Shown here piece by piece: positions 9,117-24,364 of a stretch of DNA of 64,000 bases. A program made the position numbers and the translations under genes. The notes beneath the pieces were generated by a model. It saw only the letters and a program-made list of their open reading frames with translations. It did not search any database and was not told where the DNA came from. The stretch is from NCBI RefSeq assembly GCF_006345805.1, contig NW_021833082.1, positions 1 through 64,000 on the forward strand, given 5' to 3'. The stretch's first letter is position 1, and each line of letters starts with the position of its first letter. The stretch is from Octopus sinensis. Its lineage: Eukaryota.

Positions 9117-11120
9117 CAAACAGAAAGACCGAGAGATAGATAAGATAGATAGAAAGAGAGACAGACAGACAGCCAGACGGGCAGACGAAAAAGAAAGACA
9201 GACAGAAAGATAAGAAAGACAGACAGACAGACAGATAGTCAGAAAGACAGACAAGAAAGAAAGGCAGACAGACAGTCAGACAGTCAGACAGACAGACAGT
9301 CAGACAGACAGACAGATAAGAAAGACAGACAAACAGTCTGACAGACAGACGAGAAAGAAAAGCAGACAGACAGTCAGACAGACAGACAGATAAGAAAGAC
9401 AGACAGACAGACAGTCAGACAGACAAATAAGAAAGACAGACAGTCAGTCAGACAGACAGACAAGAAAGACAGGCAGTCAGACAGTCAGACAGAGAGATAA
9501 GAAAGACAGACAGACAAATAACAAAGACAGACAGTCACACAGACAGGCAAGAAAGACAGGCAGACAGACAGATAAGAAAGACGGACAGACAGTCAGACAG
9601 ACAGACAGTCAGACAGAAAGACAGTCAGACAGACAGACAGTAAGACAGACGGACAGACAAGAAAGACAGGCAGACAGACGGACAGACAGACAGAAAGATG
9701 AGAAAGACAAACAGACAGACAGACAAGAAAGACAGGCAGACAGACAGTCAAACACAGATAAGAAAGACAAACAGACAGGCGGACAGACAGATGAGAAAGA
9801 CAGACAGACAGAGAGTCAGACAGATAAAAAAGACAGTCAGACATACGGTCAGACAGATAAGAAAGACAGGCAGACAGAGAGTCGGACAAACAGATAAGAA
9901 ATACAGGCAGACAGACAGACAGACAGATAAGAAAGAAAGACAGACAGACAGTCGGACGGACAGATAAGAAAGACACACAGACAGGCAGACAGACAGACAG
10001 ACAGAAAAGAAAGACACACAGACAGACAGACAGATAAGAAAGACAGGCAGACAGACAGACATACAGACAGATAGATCAGAGAGAGAGACAGTCGGACAGA
10101 CAGATAAGAAAGACAGGCAGACAGACAGACAGACGGTCGGACAGACAGATAAGAAAGACAGGCAGACAGACAGTCAGTGAAGTAAGAAGGACAGGCAGAC
10201 AGTCAGACATAGTTACGAAAGACAGGAAGACAGAAAGACAGATAACAAAGACAGGCAGACAGACAGACAGATACGAAAGAAAGGCAGACAGACAGATAGA
10301 CAGACAGATAACAGAGACAGGCAGACAAACAGACAGACAGATAAGAAAGACAGGCAGACAGACAGACAGATAAGAAAGACAGTTAGACAGACAGACAAAT
10401 AAGAAAGACAGTTAGACAGACAGACAGACAGACAGCCAGATAAGACAGACAGACAGTTAAGAAAGACAGTTAGACAGACAGACAGACAGACAGATAAGAA
10501 AGACAGAGAGACAGACAGACAGATAAGAAAGACAGTTAGACCGACACACAGACAGATAAGAAAGACAGTTAGACAGACACACAGACAGACAGATAAGAAA
10601 GACAGTTAGACAGACAGATAAGTAAGACAGACAGATAGACAGATAAGAAAGACAGACAGACAGACAGATAAGAAAGACAGTTAGACAGACAGACAGACAG
10701 ACAGATAAGTAAGACAGACAGACAGACAGATAAGAAAGACAGTTAGACAGAGAGACAGACAGACAGATAAGAAAGACAGACAGACAGACAGTTAAGAAAG
10801 ACAGTTAGACAAACAGACAGACAGACAGATAAGAAAGACAGAGAGACAGACAGACAGATAAGAAAGACAGTTAGACCGACATACAGACAGATAAGAAAGA
10901 CAGTTAGACAGACAGACAGATAAGAAAGACAGTTAGACAGGCAGATAAGTAAGACAGACAGATAAGTAAGACAGACAGACAGACAGATAAGAAAGAGAGA
11001 CAGACAGACAGATAAGAAAGACAGTTAGACAGACAAACAGACAGACAGATAAGTAAGACAGACAGACAGACAGATAAGAAAGACAGTTAGACAGACAGAC
11101 AGACAGATAAGAAAGACAGT

Positions 11121-11164
<44 letters not shown>

Positions 11165-11314
11165 TAAGAAAGACATAGAGACAGACAGACAGATAAGAAA
11201 GACAGACAGACAGACTGACAGAAAAGAAAGACAGGCAGACAGACAGATAAGAAATACAGTTAGATAGACAGATATGAAAGACAGACAGACAGACAGACAG
11301 ATGAGAAAGACAGT

Positions 11315-11346
<32 letters not shown>

Positions 11347-14300
11347 TAAGAAAGATAGACATACAGGCAGACATATAAGAAAGACATTTAGACAGACAGA
11401 CAGAAAGATTAGAATGACAGATAGACAGACAGACAGACAGATAAGAAAGACAGTTAGACAGACAGACAGACAGACAGACAGATTAGAAAGACAGACAGAC
11501 AAACAGACAGATAAGAAAGACAGTTAGACAGACAGACAGACAGATAGAAAGACAGACAGACAGTTAAGAAAGACAGTTACAGACAGACAGACAGACAGAT
11601 AAGACAGACAGACAGACAGACAGATAAGAAAGACAGTTAGACAGACAGACAGACAGAAAGATAAGAAAGACAGACAGACAGACAAGATAGACAGTTAGAC
11701 AGACAGACAGACAGATTAGAAAGACAGACAGACAAAAAGACAGACAGACAGAGAGATAAGAAAGAGAGTTAGACATACAGACAGACAGACAGACAGAAAG
11801 ACAGTTAGACAGAGAGACAGACAGACCGATAAGAAAGACCACTAGACAGACAGATAAGAAAGACAGTTAGATAGACAGACAGACAGACAGATAAGTAAGA
11901 CAGACAGACAGACAGATAAGAAAGACAGTTAGACAGACAGACAGACAGACAGATAAGTAAGACAGACAGACAGACAGATAAGAAAGACAGTTAGACAGAG
12001 AGACAGACAGACAGATAAGAAAGACAGACAGACAGTTAAGAAAGACAGTTAGAGAAACAGACAGACAGACAGATAAGAAAGACAGAGAGACAGACAGACA
12101 GATAAGAAAGACAGTTAGACCGACACACAGACAAATAAGAAAGACAGTTAGACAGACAGACAGATAAGAAAGACAGTTAGACAGACAGATAAGTAAGACA
12201 GACAGACAGACAGATAAGAAAGAGAGACAGACAGACAGATAAGAAAGACAGTTAGACAGACAAACAGACAGACAGATAAGTAAGACAGACAGACAGACAG
12301 ATAAGAAAGACAGTTAGACAGACAGACAGACAGATAAGAAAGACAGTTAGACAGACAGACAGACAGATAGACCTACAGATAAGAAAGACAGAGAGACAGA
12401 CAGACAGATAAGACAGACAGACAGACAGATAAGAAAGACAGTTAGACAGACAGACAAATAAGAAAGACAGTTAGACAGACAGACAGACAGACAGCCAGAT
12501 AAGACAGACAGACAGTTAAGAAAGACAGTTAGACAGACAGACAGACAGACAGATAAGAAAGACAGAGAGACAGACAGACAGATAAGAAAGACAGTTAGAC
12601 CGACACACAGACAGATAAGAAAGACAGTTAGACAGACACACAGCACAACAGACAGATAAGAAAGACAGTTAGACAGACAGATAAGTAAGACAGACAGATA
12701 GACAGATAAGAAAGACAGTTAGACAGACAGATAAGTAAGACAGACAGACAGACAGACTGACAGAAAAGAAAGACAGGCAGACAGACAGATAAGAAATACA
12801 GTTAGATAGACAGATATGAAAGACAGACAGACAGACAGACAGATGAGAAAGACAGTTAGACAGACAGACAGACAGATAAGAAAGATAGACATACAGGCAG
12901 ACATACAGACAGGCAGACATATAAGAAAGACATTTAGACAGACAGACAGAAAGATTAGAATGACAGATAGACAGACAGACAGACAGATAAGAAAGACAGT
13001 TAGACAGACAGACAGACAGACAGACAGATTAGAAAGACAGACAGACAAACAGACAGATAAGAAAGACAGTTAGACAGACAGACAGACAGATAAGAAAGAC
13101 ATACAGATTAGATAGACAGACAGACAGACAGAGAGACAGATAAGACAGACAGACAGACAGAAAAGAAAGACATTTAGACAGACAGACAGACAGAAAGATA
13201 AGAAAGACAGACAGACAGACAGATAAGATAGACAGTTAGACAGACACACAGACAGATTAGAAAGACAGAGAGACAAACAGACAGACAGACAGAGAGATAA
13301 GAAAGAGAGTTAGACAGACAGACAGACAGACAGACAGTTAGACAGTTAGACAGAGAGACAGACAGACAGATAAGGAAGACCACTAGACAGAGAGATAATA
13401 AAGACAGTTAGATAGACAGACAGACAGATAAGAAACACAGACAGACAGACAGACAGAGAGACAGATTAGAAAAACAGTTACAAGACAGTCAGACAGACAG
13501 ATAAGAAAGAAAGACAGACAGACACACAGACAGATTAGAAGACGGTTAGACAGACAGACAGACAGATTAAAAAGGCAGAAAGAAAGTTAGACAGACAGAT
13601 AAGAAAGACAGTTAGACAGGCAGACAGGCAGATTAGAAAGACAGACAGACAGACAGACAGAACAGAAAAGAAAGACAGTTAGACAGACAGACAGACAGAT
13701 TAGAAAGACAGAAAGACATTTAGACTGACAGACAGATAAAAGACAGTTAGACAGACAGATTAGAAAGACTGACAGACAGACAGACAGATAAGAAAGACAG
13801 TTAGACAGACAGACAATAAGAAAGACATTTAGACAGACAGATAAGAAAGACTGACTGACAGACAGACAGATAAGAAAGACAGTTAGACAGACAGACAGAC
13901 AGACGGACAGATAGAAAGACAGACAGCCAGACAGACAGACAGACAAGAACGACAGTTAGACAGACAGACAGACAGACAGATAAGAAAGACAGTTAGACAG
14001 ACAGACAGACAGACAGACAACAGATAAGAAAGACAGTTAGACAGTAGATAAGTAAGACAGACAGACAGACAGAGAGACAGATAAGAAAGACAGACAGATA
14101 AGAAAGACAGACATACAGACAGACAGATAAGAAGAACAGACAGACAGGCAGACAGACAGTTAAGTCAGACAGTTAGACAGACAGACGGACAGGCACATAA
14201 GAAACAGTTTAGACAGACAGATAAGAAAGACTGACAGACAGACAAACAGATAAGAAAGACAGACAGACAGGCAGACACACAGACAGATAGAAGAGTGTTA

Positions 14301-17238
14301 GACAGACAGACAGACAGATAAAAGACAGACAGACAAACAGACATACAGATAAGAAAGACAGTTAGACTGACAGACAGATAAGAAAGACAGTTAGACAGAC
14401 AGACAGACAGACAGACAGATAAGAAAGACAGACAGACAGATGAGAAAGACAGTTAGACAGACAGAGACAGACAGACACAGACAAAAGATAAGAAAGACAG
14501 ACAGACAGATAAGAAAGACCGTTAGACTGACAGACAGACAGATAAGAAGACAGTTAGACAGACAACAGACAGACAAAAGATAAGAAAGACAGACAGACAG
14601 ACAACAATAAGAAGACAGTTAGACAGACACAGAGACAGTAAGAAAGACAGTTAGACAGACAAGACAGACAGACAGATAGAAAGACAGTTAGACAGACAGA
14701 TAAGTAAGACAGAGAGACAGATAGACAGATAAGAAAGACAGACAGACAGACAGACAGATGAAAAAGACAGACAGACAGACAGATGAGAAAGACAGTTAGA
14801 CAGACAGACAGACAGATAAGAAAGACAGTCAGACAGACAGATAAGAAAGACAGTTAGACAGACAGATACGAAAGACAGACTGACAGACAGACAGACAGAT
14901 GAGAAAGAAAGTTAGACAGACAGACAGACAGATAAGAAAGATAGACAGACAGCAGACGGACAGACAGACAGACAGTAAGAAAGACTTTAGACAGACAGAC
15001 AGAAAGATTAGAATGACAGATAGACGGACAGACAGACAGATAAGAATGACATTTAGACAGACAGACAGATGAGAAAGACAGTTAGACAGACAGACAGATA
15101 AGAAAGACAGTTAGACAGACAGATCAGAAAGACTGACAGACAGACAGACAGATAGGAAAGACAGTTAGACGACAGACAGATAGGCGGACAGATAAGAAAG
15201 ACAGACAGACAGGCAGACAGACAGACAGACAAGAAAGACAGACAGACAGATAAAAAAGACAGTTAGACAGACAGACAGACAGACAAACAGATAAGAACGA
15301 CAGTTAGACAGACAGATAAGTAAGACATACAGACAGTCAGAGAGACAGATAAGAAAGACAGACAGACAGACAGATAAGAAAGACAATTAGAAAGACAGAT
15401 AAGAATGACGGTTTGACAGACGGACAGACAGATAAGAAAGACAGACAGACAGACAGATAAGAAAGAGAGACAGACAGACAGATAAGAAAGACAGTTAGAC
15501 AGACAAACAGACAGACAGATAAGTAAGACAGACAGACAGACAGATAAGAAAGACAGTTAGACAGACAGACAGACAGATAAGAAAGACAGTTAGACAGACA
15601 GACAGACAGATAGACCTACAGATAAGAAAGACAGAGAGACAGACAGACAGATAAGACAGACAGACAGACAGATAAGAAAGACAGTTAGACAGACAGACAA
15701 ATAAGAAAGACAGTTAGACAGACAGACAGACAGACAGCCAGATAAGACAGACAGACAGTTAAGAAAGACAGTTAGACAGACAGACAGACAGACAGATAAG
15801 AAAGACAGAGAGACAGACAGACAGATAAGAAAGACAGTTAGACCGACACACAGACAGATAAGAAAGACAGTTAGACAGACACACAGACAGACAGATAAGA
15901 AAGACAGTTAGACAGACAGATAAGTAAGACAGACAGATAGACAGATAAGAAAGACAGTTAGACAGACAGATAAGTAAGACAGACAGACAGACAGACTGAC
16001 AGAAAAGAAAGACAGGCAGACAGACAGATAAGAAATACAGTTAGATAGACAGATATGAAAGACAGACAGACAGACAGACAGATGAGAAAGACAGTTAGAC
16101 AGACAGACAGACAGATAAGAAAGATAGACATACAGGCAGACATACAGACAGGCAGACATATAAGAAAGACATTTAGACAGACAGACAGAAAGATTAGAAT
16201 GACAGATAGACAGACAGACAGACAGATAAGAAAGACAGTTAGACAGACAGACAGACAGACAGACAGATTAGAAAGACAGACAGACAAACAGACAGATAAG
16301 AAAGACAGTTAGACAGACAGACAGACAGATAAGAAAGACATACAGATTAGATAGACAGACAGACAGACAGAGAGACAGATAAGACAGACAGACAGACAGA
16401 CAGATAAGAAAGACAGTTAGACAGACAGACAGACAGAAAGATAAGAAAGACAGACAGACAGACAGATAAGATAGACAGTTAGACAGACACACAGACAGAT
16501 TAGAAAGACAGAGAGACAAACAGACAGACAGACAGAGAGATAAGAAAGAGAGTTAGACAGACAGACAGACAGACAGACAGTTAGACAGTTAGACAGAGAG
16601 ACAGACAGACAGATAAGGAAGACCACTAGACAGAGAGATAATAAAGACAGTTAGATAGACAGACAGACAGATAAGAAACACAGACAGACAGACAGACAGA
16701 GAGACAGATTAGAAAAACAGTTACACAGACAGTCAGACAGACAGATAAGAAAGAAAGACAGACAGACACACAGACAGATTAGAAAGACGGTTAGACAGAC
16801 AGACAGACAGATTAAAAAGGCAGAAAGAAAGTTAGACAGACAGATAAGAAAGACAGTTAGACAGGCAGACAGGCAGATTAGAAAGACAGACAGACAGACA
16901 GACAGAAAAGAAAGACAGTTAGACAGACAGACAGACAGATTAGAAAGACAGAAAGACATTTAGACTGACAGACAGATAAGAAAGACAGTTAGACAGACAG
17001 ATTAGAAAGACTGACAGACAGACAGACAGATAAGAAAGACAGTTAGACAGACAGACAAATAAGAAAGACATTTAGACAGACAGATAAGAAAGACTGACTG
17101 ACAGACAGACAGATAAGAAAGACAGTTAGACAGACAGACAGACAGACGGACAGATAAGAAAGACAGACAGCCAGACAGACAGACAGACAAGAACGACAGT
17201 TAGACAGACAGACAGACAGACAGATAAGAAAGACAGTT

Positions 17239-17269
<31 letters not shown>

Positions 17270-20200
17270 TAAGAAAGACAGTTAGACAGGTAGATAAGTA
17301 AGACAGACAGACAGACAGAGAGACAGATAAGAAAGACAGACAGATAAGAAAGACAGACATACAGACAGACAGATAAGAAAGACAGACAGACAGGCAGACA
17401 GACAGTTAAGTCAGACAGTTAGACAGACAGACGGACAGGCACATAAGAAAGACAGTTAGACAGACAGATAAGAAAGACTGACAGACAGACAAACAGATAA
17501 GAAAGACAGACAGACAGGCAGACACACAGACAGATAAGAAAGAGTGTTAGACAGACAGACAGACAGATAAGAAAGACAGACAGACAAACAGACATACAGA
17601 TAAGAAAGACAGTTAGACTGACAGACAGATAAGAAAGACAGTTAGACAGACAGACAGACAGACAGACAGATAAGAAAGACAGACAGACAGATGAGAAAGA
17701 CAGTTAGACAGACAGACAGACAGACAGACAGATAAGAAAGACAGACAGACAGATAAGAAAGACCGTTAGACTGACAGACAGACAGATAAGAAAGACAGTT
17801 AGACAGACAGACAGACAGACAGATAAGAAAGACAGACAGACAGACAGACAGATAAGAAAGACAGTTAGACAGACACAGAGACAGATAAGAAAGACAGTTA
17901 GACAGACAGACAGACAGACAGATAAGAAAGACAGTTAGACAGACAGATAAGTAAGACAGAGAGACAGATAGACAGATAAGAAAGACAGACAGACAGACAG
18001 ACAGATGAAAAAGACAGACAGACAGACAGATGAGAAAGACAGTTAGACAGACAGACAGACAGATAAGAAAGACAGTCAGACAGACAGATAAGAAAGACAG
18101 TTAGACAGACAGATACGAAAGACAGACTGACAGACAGACAGACAGATGAGAAAGAAAGTTAGACAGACAGACAGACAGATAAGAAAGATAGACAGACAGG
18201 CAGACGGACAGACAGACAGACAGGTAAGAAAGACATTTAGACAGACAGACAGAAAGATTAGAATGACAGATAGACGGACAGACAGACAGATAAGAATGAC
18301 AGTTAGACAGACAGACAGATGAGAAAGACAGTTAGACAGACAGACAGATAAGAAAGACAGTTAGACAGACAGATCAGAAAGACTGACAGACAGACAGACA
18401 GATAGGAAAGACAGTTAGACAGACAGACAGATAGGCGGACAGATAAGAAAGACAGACAGACAGGCAGACAGACAGACAGACAAGAAAGACAGACAGACAG
18501 ATAAAAAAGACAGTTAGACAGACAGACAGACAGACAAACAGATAAGAACGACAGTTAGACAGACAGATAAGTAAGACATACAGACAGTCAGAGAGACAGA
18601 TAAGAAAGACAGACAGACAGACAGATAAGAAAGACAATTAGAAAGACAGATAAGAATGACGGTTTGACAGACGGACAGACAGATAAGAAAGACAGACAGA
18701 CAGGAATATAAGAAAGACAGTTAGACAGACAAACAGACAGACAGATAAGAAAGACAGACAGACAGACAGACAGATAAGAAAGACAGTTAGACAGACAGAC
18801 AGACAGATAAGAAAGACAGTTAGACAGACAGACAGACTGACAGATAAGAAAGGCAGACAGACAGACAGACAGATAAGAAAGACAGTTAGACAGACACACA
18901 GACAGATAAGAAAGACAGTTGGACAGACAGATAAAAAAGACAGTTAGACAGACAGATAAGTAAGACAGACAGACAGACAGATAGATAAGAAAGTCAGTTA
19001 GACACACAAACAGACAGACAGATAAGAAAGGCAGACAGACAGACAGACAGATAAGAAAGACAGTTAGACAGACAGGCAGACAGTTAAGAAAGACAGTTAG
19101 ACAGATAGACAGACAGACAGATAAGAAAGACAGTTAGACAGACACACAGACAAATAAGAAAGACAGTTAGACAGACAGACAGACAGAGAGAAAAGAAAGA
19201 CAGACAGACAGACAGACAGATTAGAAGACAGACAGATAGACAGACAGATAAAAAAGACAGTTAGACAGACAGATAAGTAAGACAGACAGACAGACAGATA
19301 GATAAGAAAGTCAGTTAGACACACAAACAGACAGACAGATAAGAAAGGCAGACAGACAGACAGACAGACAGATAAGAAAGACAGTTAGACAGACAGGCAG
19401 ACAGTTAAGAAAGACAGTTAGACAGATAGACAGACAGACAGATAAGAAAGACAGTTAGACAGACACACAGACAAATAAGAAAGACAGTTAGACAGACAGA
19501 CAGACAGAGAGAAAAGAAAGACAGACAGACAGACAGACAGATTAGAAAGACAGACAGATAGACAGACAGATAAAAAAGACAGTTAGACCGACAGATAAGA
19601 ATGACGGTTAGACGGACAGACAGACAGATAAGAAAGACTGTCAGACAGACAGATAAGAAAGACAGTTTGACAGACAGACACGAAAGACAGACAGACAGAC
19701 AGATGAGAAAGACAGTTAGACAGACAGACAGACAGACATACAGATAAGAAAGACAGACAGACTGACAGTCAGACAGATGAGAAAGGCAGTTTGACAGACA
19801 GACAGATAAAAAAGACAGAGAGAAAGACAGACAGACAGACAGACAGTCAGATAAGAAAGACAAACAGAAAGACAGACAGATAAGAATGACAGTTAGACAG
19901 ACAGACAGACACATAAGAAAGACAGTTAGACAGACAGATAAGAAAGACAGACAGATAAGAAAGACAGACAGACAGACAGAAGACAGACAGATTAGAAAAA
20001 CAGTTAGACAGACAGTCAGACAGATAAGAAAGACAGACAGGCAGACAGACAGACAGATAAGAAACACAGACAGACAGACAGACAGATAAGAAGACAGTTA
20101 GACAGAGACAGACAGATCAGAAAGACAGTTAGACAGGCAGACAGACAGATAAGAAAGACAGACAGGCAGTCAGACAGACAGATAAGAAAGACAGTTAGAC

Positions 20201-20828
20201 AGACAGATAGACAGATAAGAAAGACAGACAAACAGACAGACAGATAAGAAAGACAGTTAGACAACAGACAGACAGATAAGAAAGACAGACAGACAGACAG
20301 ACAGACAGATTAGAAAAACAGTTAGACAGACAGTCAGACAGATAAGAAAGACAGACAGGCAGACAGACAGACAGATAAGAAACACAGACAGACAGACAGA
20401 CAGATAAGAAAGACAGTTAGACAGAAAGACAGACAGATCAGAAAGACAGTTAGACAGGCAGACAGACAGATAAGAAAGACAGACAGGCAGTCAGACAGAC
20501 AGATAAGAAAGACAGTTAGACAGACAGATAGACAGATAAGAAAGACAGACAAACAGACAGACAGATAAGAAAGACAGTTAGACAGAAAGACAGACAGATA
20601 AGAAACACAGACAGACAGACAGTTAAGAAAGACAGTTAGACAGACAGACAGACAGACAGATAAGAAAGACAGTTAGGCAGACAGACAGACAGACAGATAA
20701 GAAAGACAGATAGACAGACAGACAGACAGAGAGATAAGAAAGACAGTTAGACAGATAGACAGACAGACAGACAGACAGATGAGAAGGACAGAGACAGACA
20801 GACAGACAGACAGACAGATAAGAAAGAC

Positions 20829-20861
<33 letters not shown>

Positions 20862-23800
20862 GGTAAGAAAGACAGTTAGACAGACAGACAGACAGACAGA
20901 CAGATAAGAAAGACAGTTAGACAGACAGATAAGAAAGACAGACACACAGACAGACAGACAGGTAAGAAAGACAGTTAGACAGACAGACAGACAGACAGAT
21001 ATAAGAAAGACAGACAGACAGACAGACAGATAAGAAAGACAGTTAGACAGAGAGACAGACAGATAAGAAAGACAGTTAGACAGACAGACAGACAGATAAG
21101 AATGACAGTTAGACAGACAGACAGACAGATAAGAAAGACAGACAGATAATCAGAGAGACAGACAATCAGACAGAAAGATAATAAAGACAGTTAGACAGAC
21201 AGACAGATAAGAAAGACAGTTAGACAGACAGACAGACAGAGAGATAAGAAAGACAGACAAACAGATAAGAAAGACAGTTAGACAGTCAGACAGACAGACA
21301 GATAAGAAAGACAGACAGACAGACAGACAGATAAGAAAGACCGTTAGACAGACAGACAGACATATAAGAAAGACACTTAGATAGACAGACAGACAGATAA
21401 GAAAGACAGAGAGACAGAAAGACAGATAAAAAAGACAGTTAGACAGACACACAGACAGATAAGAAAGACAGTTAGACAGACAACAGACAGACAGATATGA
21501 AAGACGGTTAGACAGACAGATAAGTAAGACAGACAGACAGATAGACAGATAAGAAAGACAGACAGACAGACAGACAGATGAAAAATACAGACAGACAGAC
21601 AGATAAGAAAGACAGTTAGACAGACAGATAAGAAAAACAGTCAGACAGACAGATAAGAAAGACAGTTTGACAGACAGACACGAAAGACAGACAGACAGAC
21701 AGATGAGAAAGACAGTTAGACAGACAGACAGACAGACATACAGATAAGAATGACAGACAGACTGACAGTCAGACAGATGAGAAAGACAGTTAGACAGACA
21801 GACAGACAGATAAAAAAGACAGAGAGAAAGACAGACAGACAGACAGTCAGATAAGAAAGACAAACAGAAAGACAGACAGATAAGAAAGACAGACAGACAG
21901 ACAGACAGACAGATTAGAAAAACAGTTAGACAGACAGTCAGACAGACAGATAAGAAAGAAAGAGAGACAGACAGTTAGACAGACAGACAGACAGATAAGA
22001 AAGACAGTTAGACAGGCAGACAGACAGATAAGAAAGACAGACAGGCAGACAGACAGACAGATAAGAAAGACAGTTAGACAGACAGACAGACAGATAAGAA
22101 AGACAGACAGGCAGTCAGACAGACAGATAAGAAAGACAGTTAGACAGACAGATAGACAGATAAGAAAGACAGACAAACAGACAGACAGATAAGAAAGACA
22201 GTTAGACAGACAGACAGACAGATAAGAAACACAGACAGACAGACAGTTAAGAAAGACAGTTAGACAGACAGACAGACAGACAGATAAGAAAGACAGTTAG
22301 GCAGACAGACAGACAGACAGATAAGAAAGACAGTTAGACAGACAGACAGACAGACAGATAAGAAAGACAGTTAGACAGATAGACAGACAGACAGACAGAC
22401 AGATGAGAAGGACAGAGACAGACAGACAGACAGATAAGAAAGACAGAGAGACAGACAGACAGACAGACAGAGAGGTAAGAAAGACAGTTAGACAGACAGA
22501 CAGACAGACAGATAAGAAAGACAGTTAGACAGACAGATAAGAAAGACAGACACACAGACAGACAGACAGGTAAGAAAGACAGTTAGACAGACAGACAGAC
22601 AGACAGATATGAAAGACAGACAGACAGACAGATAAGAAAGACAGTTAAACAGAGAGACAGACAGATAAGAAAGACAGTTAGACAGACAGACAGACAGATA
22701 AGAATGACAGTTAGACAGACAGACAGACAGATAAGAAAGACAGACAGACAATCAGACAGACAGATAAGAAAGACAGTTAGACAGACAGACAGATAAGAAA
22801 GACAGTTAGACAGACAGACAGACAGAGAGATAAGAAAGACAGACAGACAGATAAGAAAGACAGTTAGACAGTCAGACAGACAGACAGATAAGAAAGACAG
22901 ACAGACAGACAGACAGATAAGAAAGACCGTTAGACAGACAGACAGAGAGATAAGAAAGACACTTAGATAGACAGACAGACAGATAAGAAAGACAGAGAGA
23001 CCGAAAGACAGATAAAAAAGACAGTTAGACAGACACACAGACAGATAAGGAAGACAGTTAGACAGACAGACAGACAGACAGATATGAAAGACGGTTAGAC
23101 AGACAGATAAGTAAGACAGACAGACAGATAGACAGATAAGAAAGACAGACAGACAGACAGACAGATGAAATAGACAGACAGACAGACAGATAAGAAAGAC
23201 AGTTAGACAGACAGACAGACAGATAAGAAAGACAGTTAGACAGACACACAGACAGACAGATATGAAAGACGGTTAGACAGACAGATAAGTAAGACAGACA
23301 GACAGATAGACAGATAAGAAAGACAGACAGACAGACAGATGAAAAATACAGACAGACAGACAGATAAGAAAGACAGTTAGACAGACAGATAAGAATGACG
23401 GTTAGACAGACAGACAGACAGATAAGAAAGACAGTCAGACAGACAGATAAGAAAGACAGTTTGACAGACAGACACGAAAGACAGACAGACAGACAGATGA
23501 GAAAGACAGTTAGACAGACAGACAGACAGACATACAGATAAGAAAGACAGACAGACTGACAGTCAGACAGATGAGAAAGACAGTTAGACAGACAGACAGA
23601 CAGATAAAAAAGACAGAGAGAAAGACAGACAGACAGACAGTCAGATAAGAAAGACAAACAGAAAGACAGACAGATAAGAATGACAGTTAGACAGGCAGAC
23701 AGACACATAAGAAAGACAGTTAGACAGACAGATAAGAAAGACAGACAGATAAGAAAGACAGACAGACAGACAGACAGACAGATTAGAAAAACAGTTAGAC

Positions 23801-24216
23801 AGACAGTCAGACAGACAGATAAGAAAGAAAGAGAGACAGACAGTTAGACAGACAGACAGACAGATAAGAAAGACAGTTAGACAGGCAGACAGACAGATAA
23901 GAAAGACAGATAGGCAGACAGACAGACAGATAAGAAAGACAGTTAGACAGACAAACAGACAGACAGATAAGAAAGACAGTTAGACAGACAGATAGACAGA
24001 TAAGAAAGACAGACAAACAGACAGACAGATAAGAAAGACATTTAGACAGACAGACAGACAGATAAGAAACACAGACAGACAGACAGTTAATAAAGACAGT
24101 TAGACAGACAGACAGACAGACAGATAAGAAAGACAGTTAGGCAGACAGACAGACAGACAGATAAGAAAGACAGTTAGACAGACAGACAGACAGACAGATA
24201 AGAAAGACAGTTAGAC

Positions 24217-24247
<31 letters not shown>

Positions 24248-24332
24248 TGAGAAGGACAGAGACAGACAGACAGACAGATAAGAAAGACAGAGAGACAGAC
24301 AGACAGACAGACAGACAGGTAAGAAAGACAGT

Positions 24333-24364
<32 letters not shown>

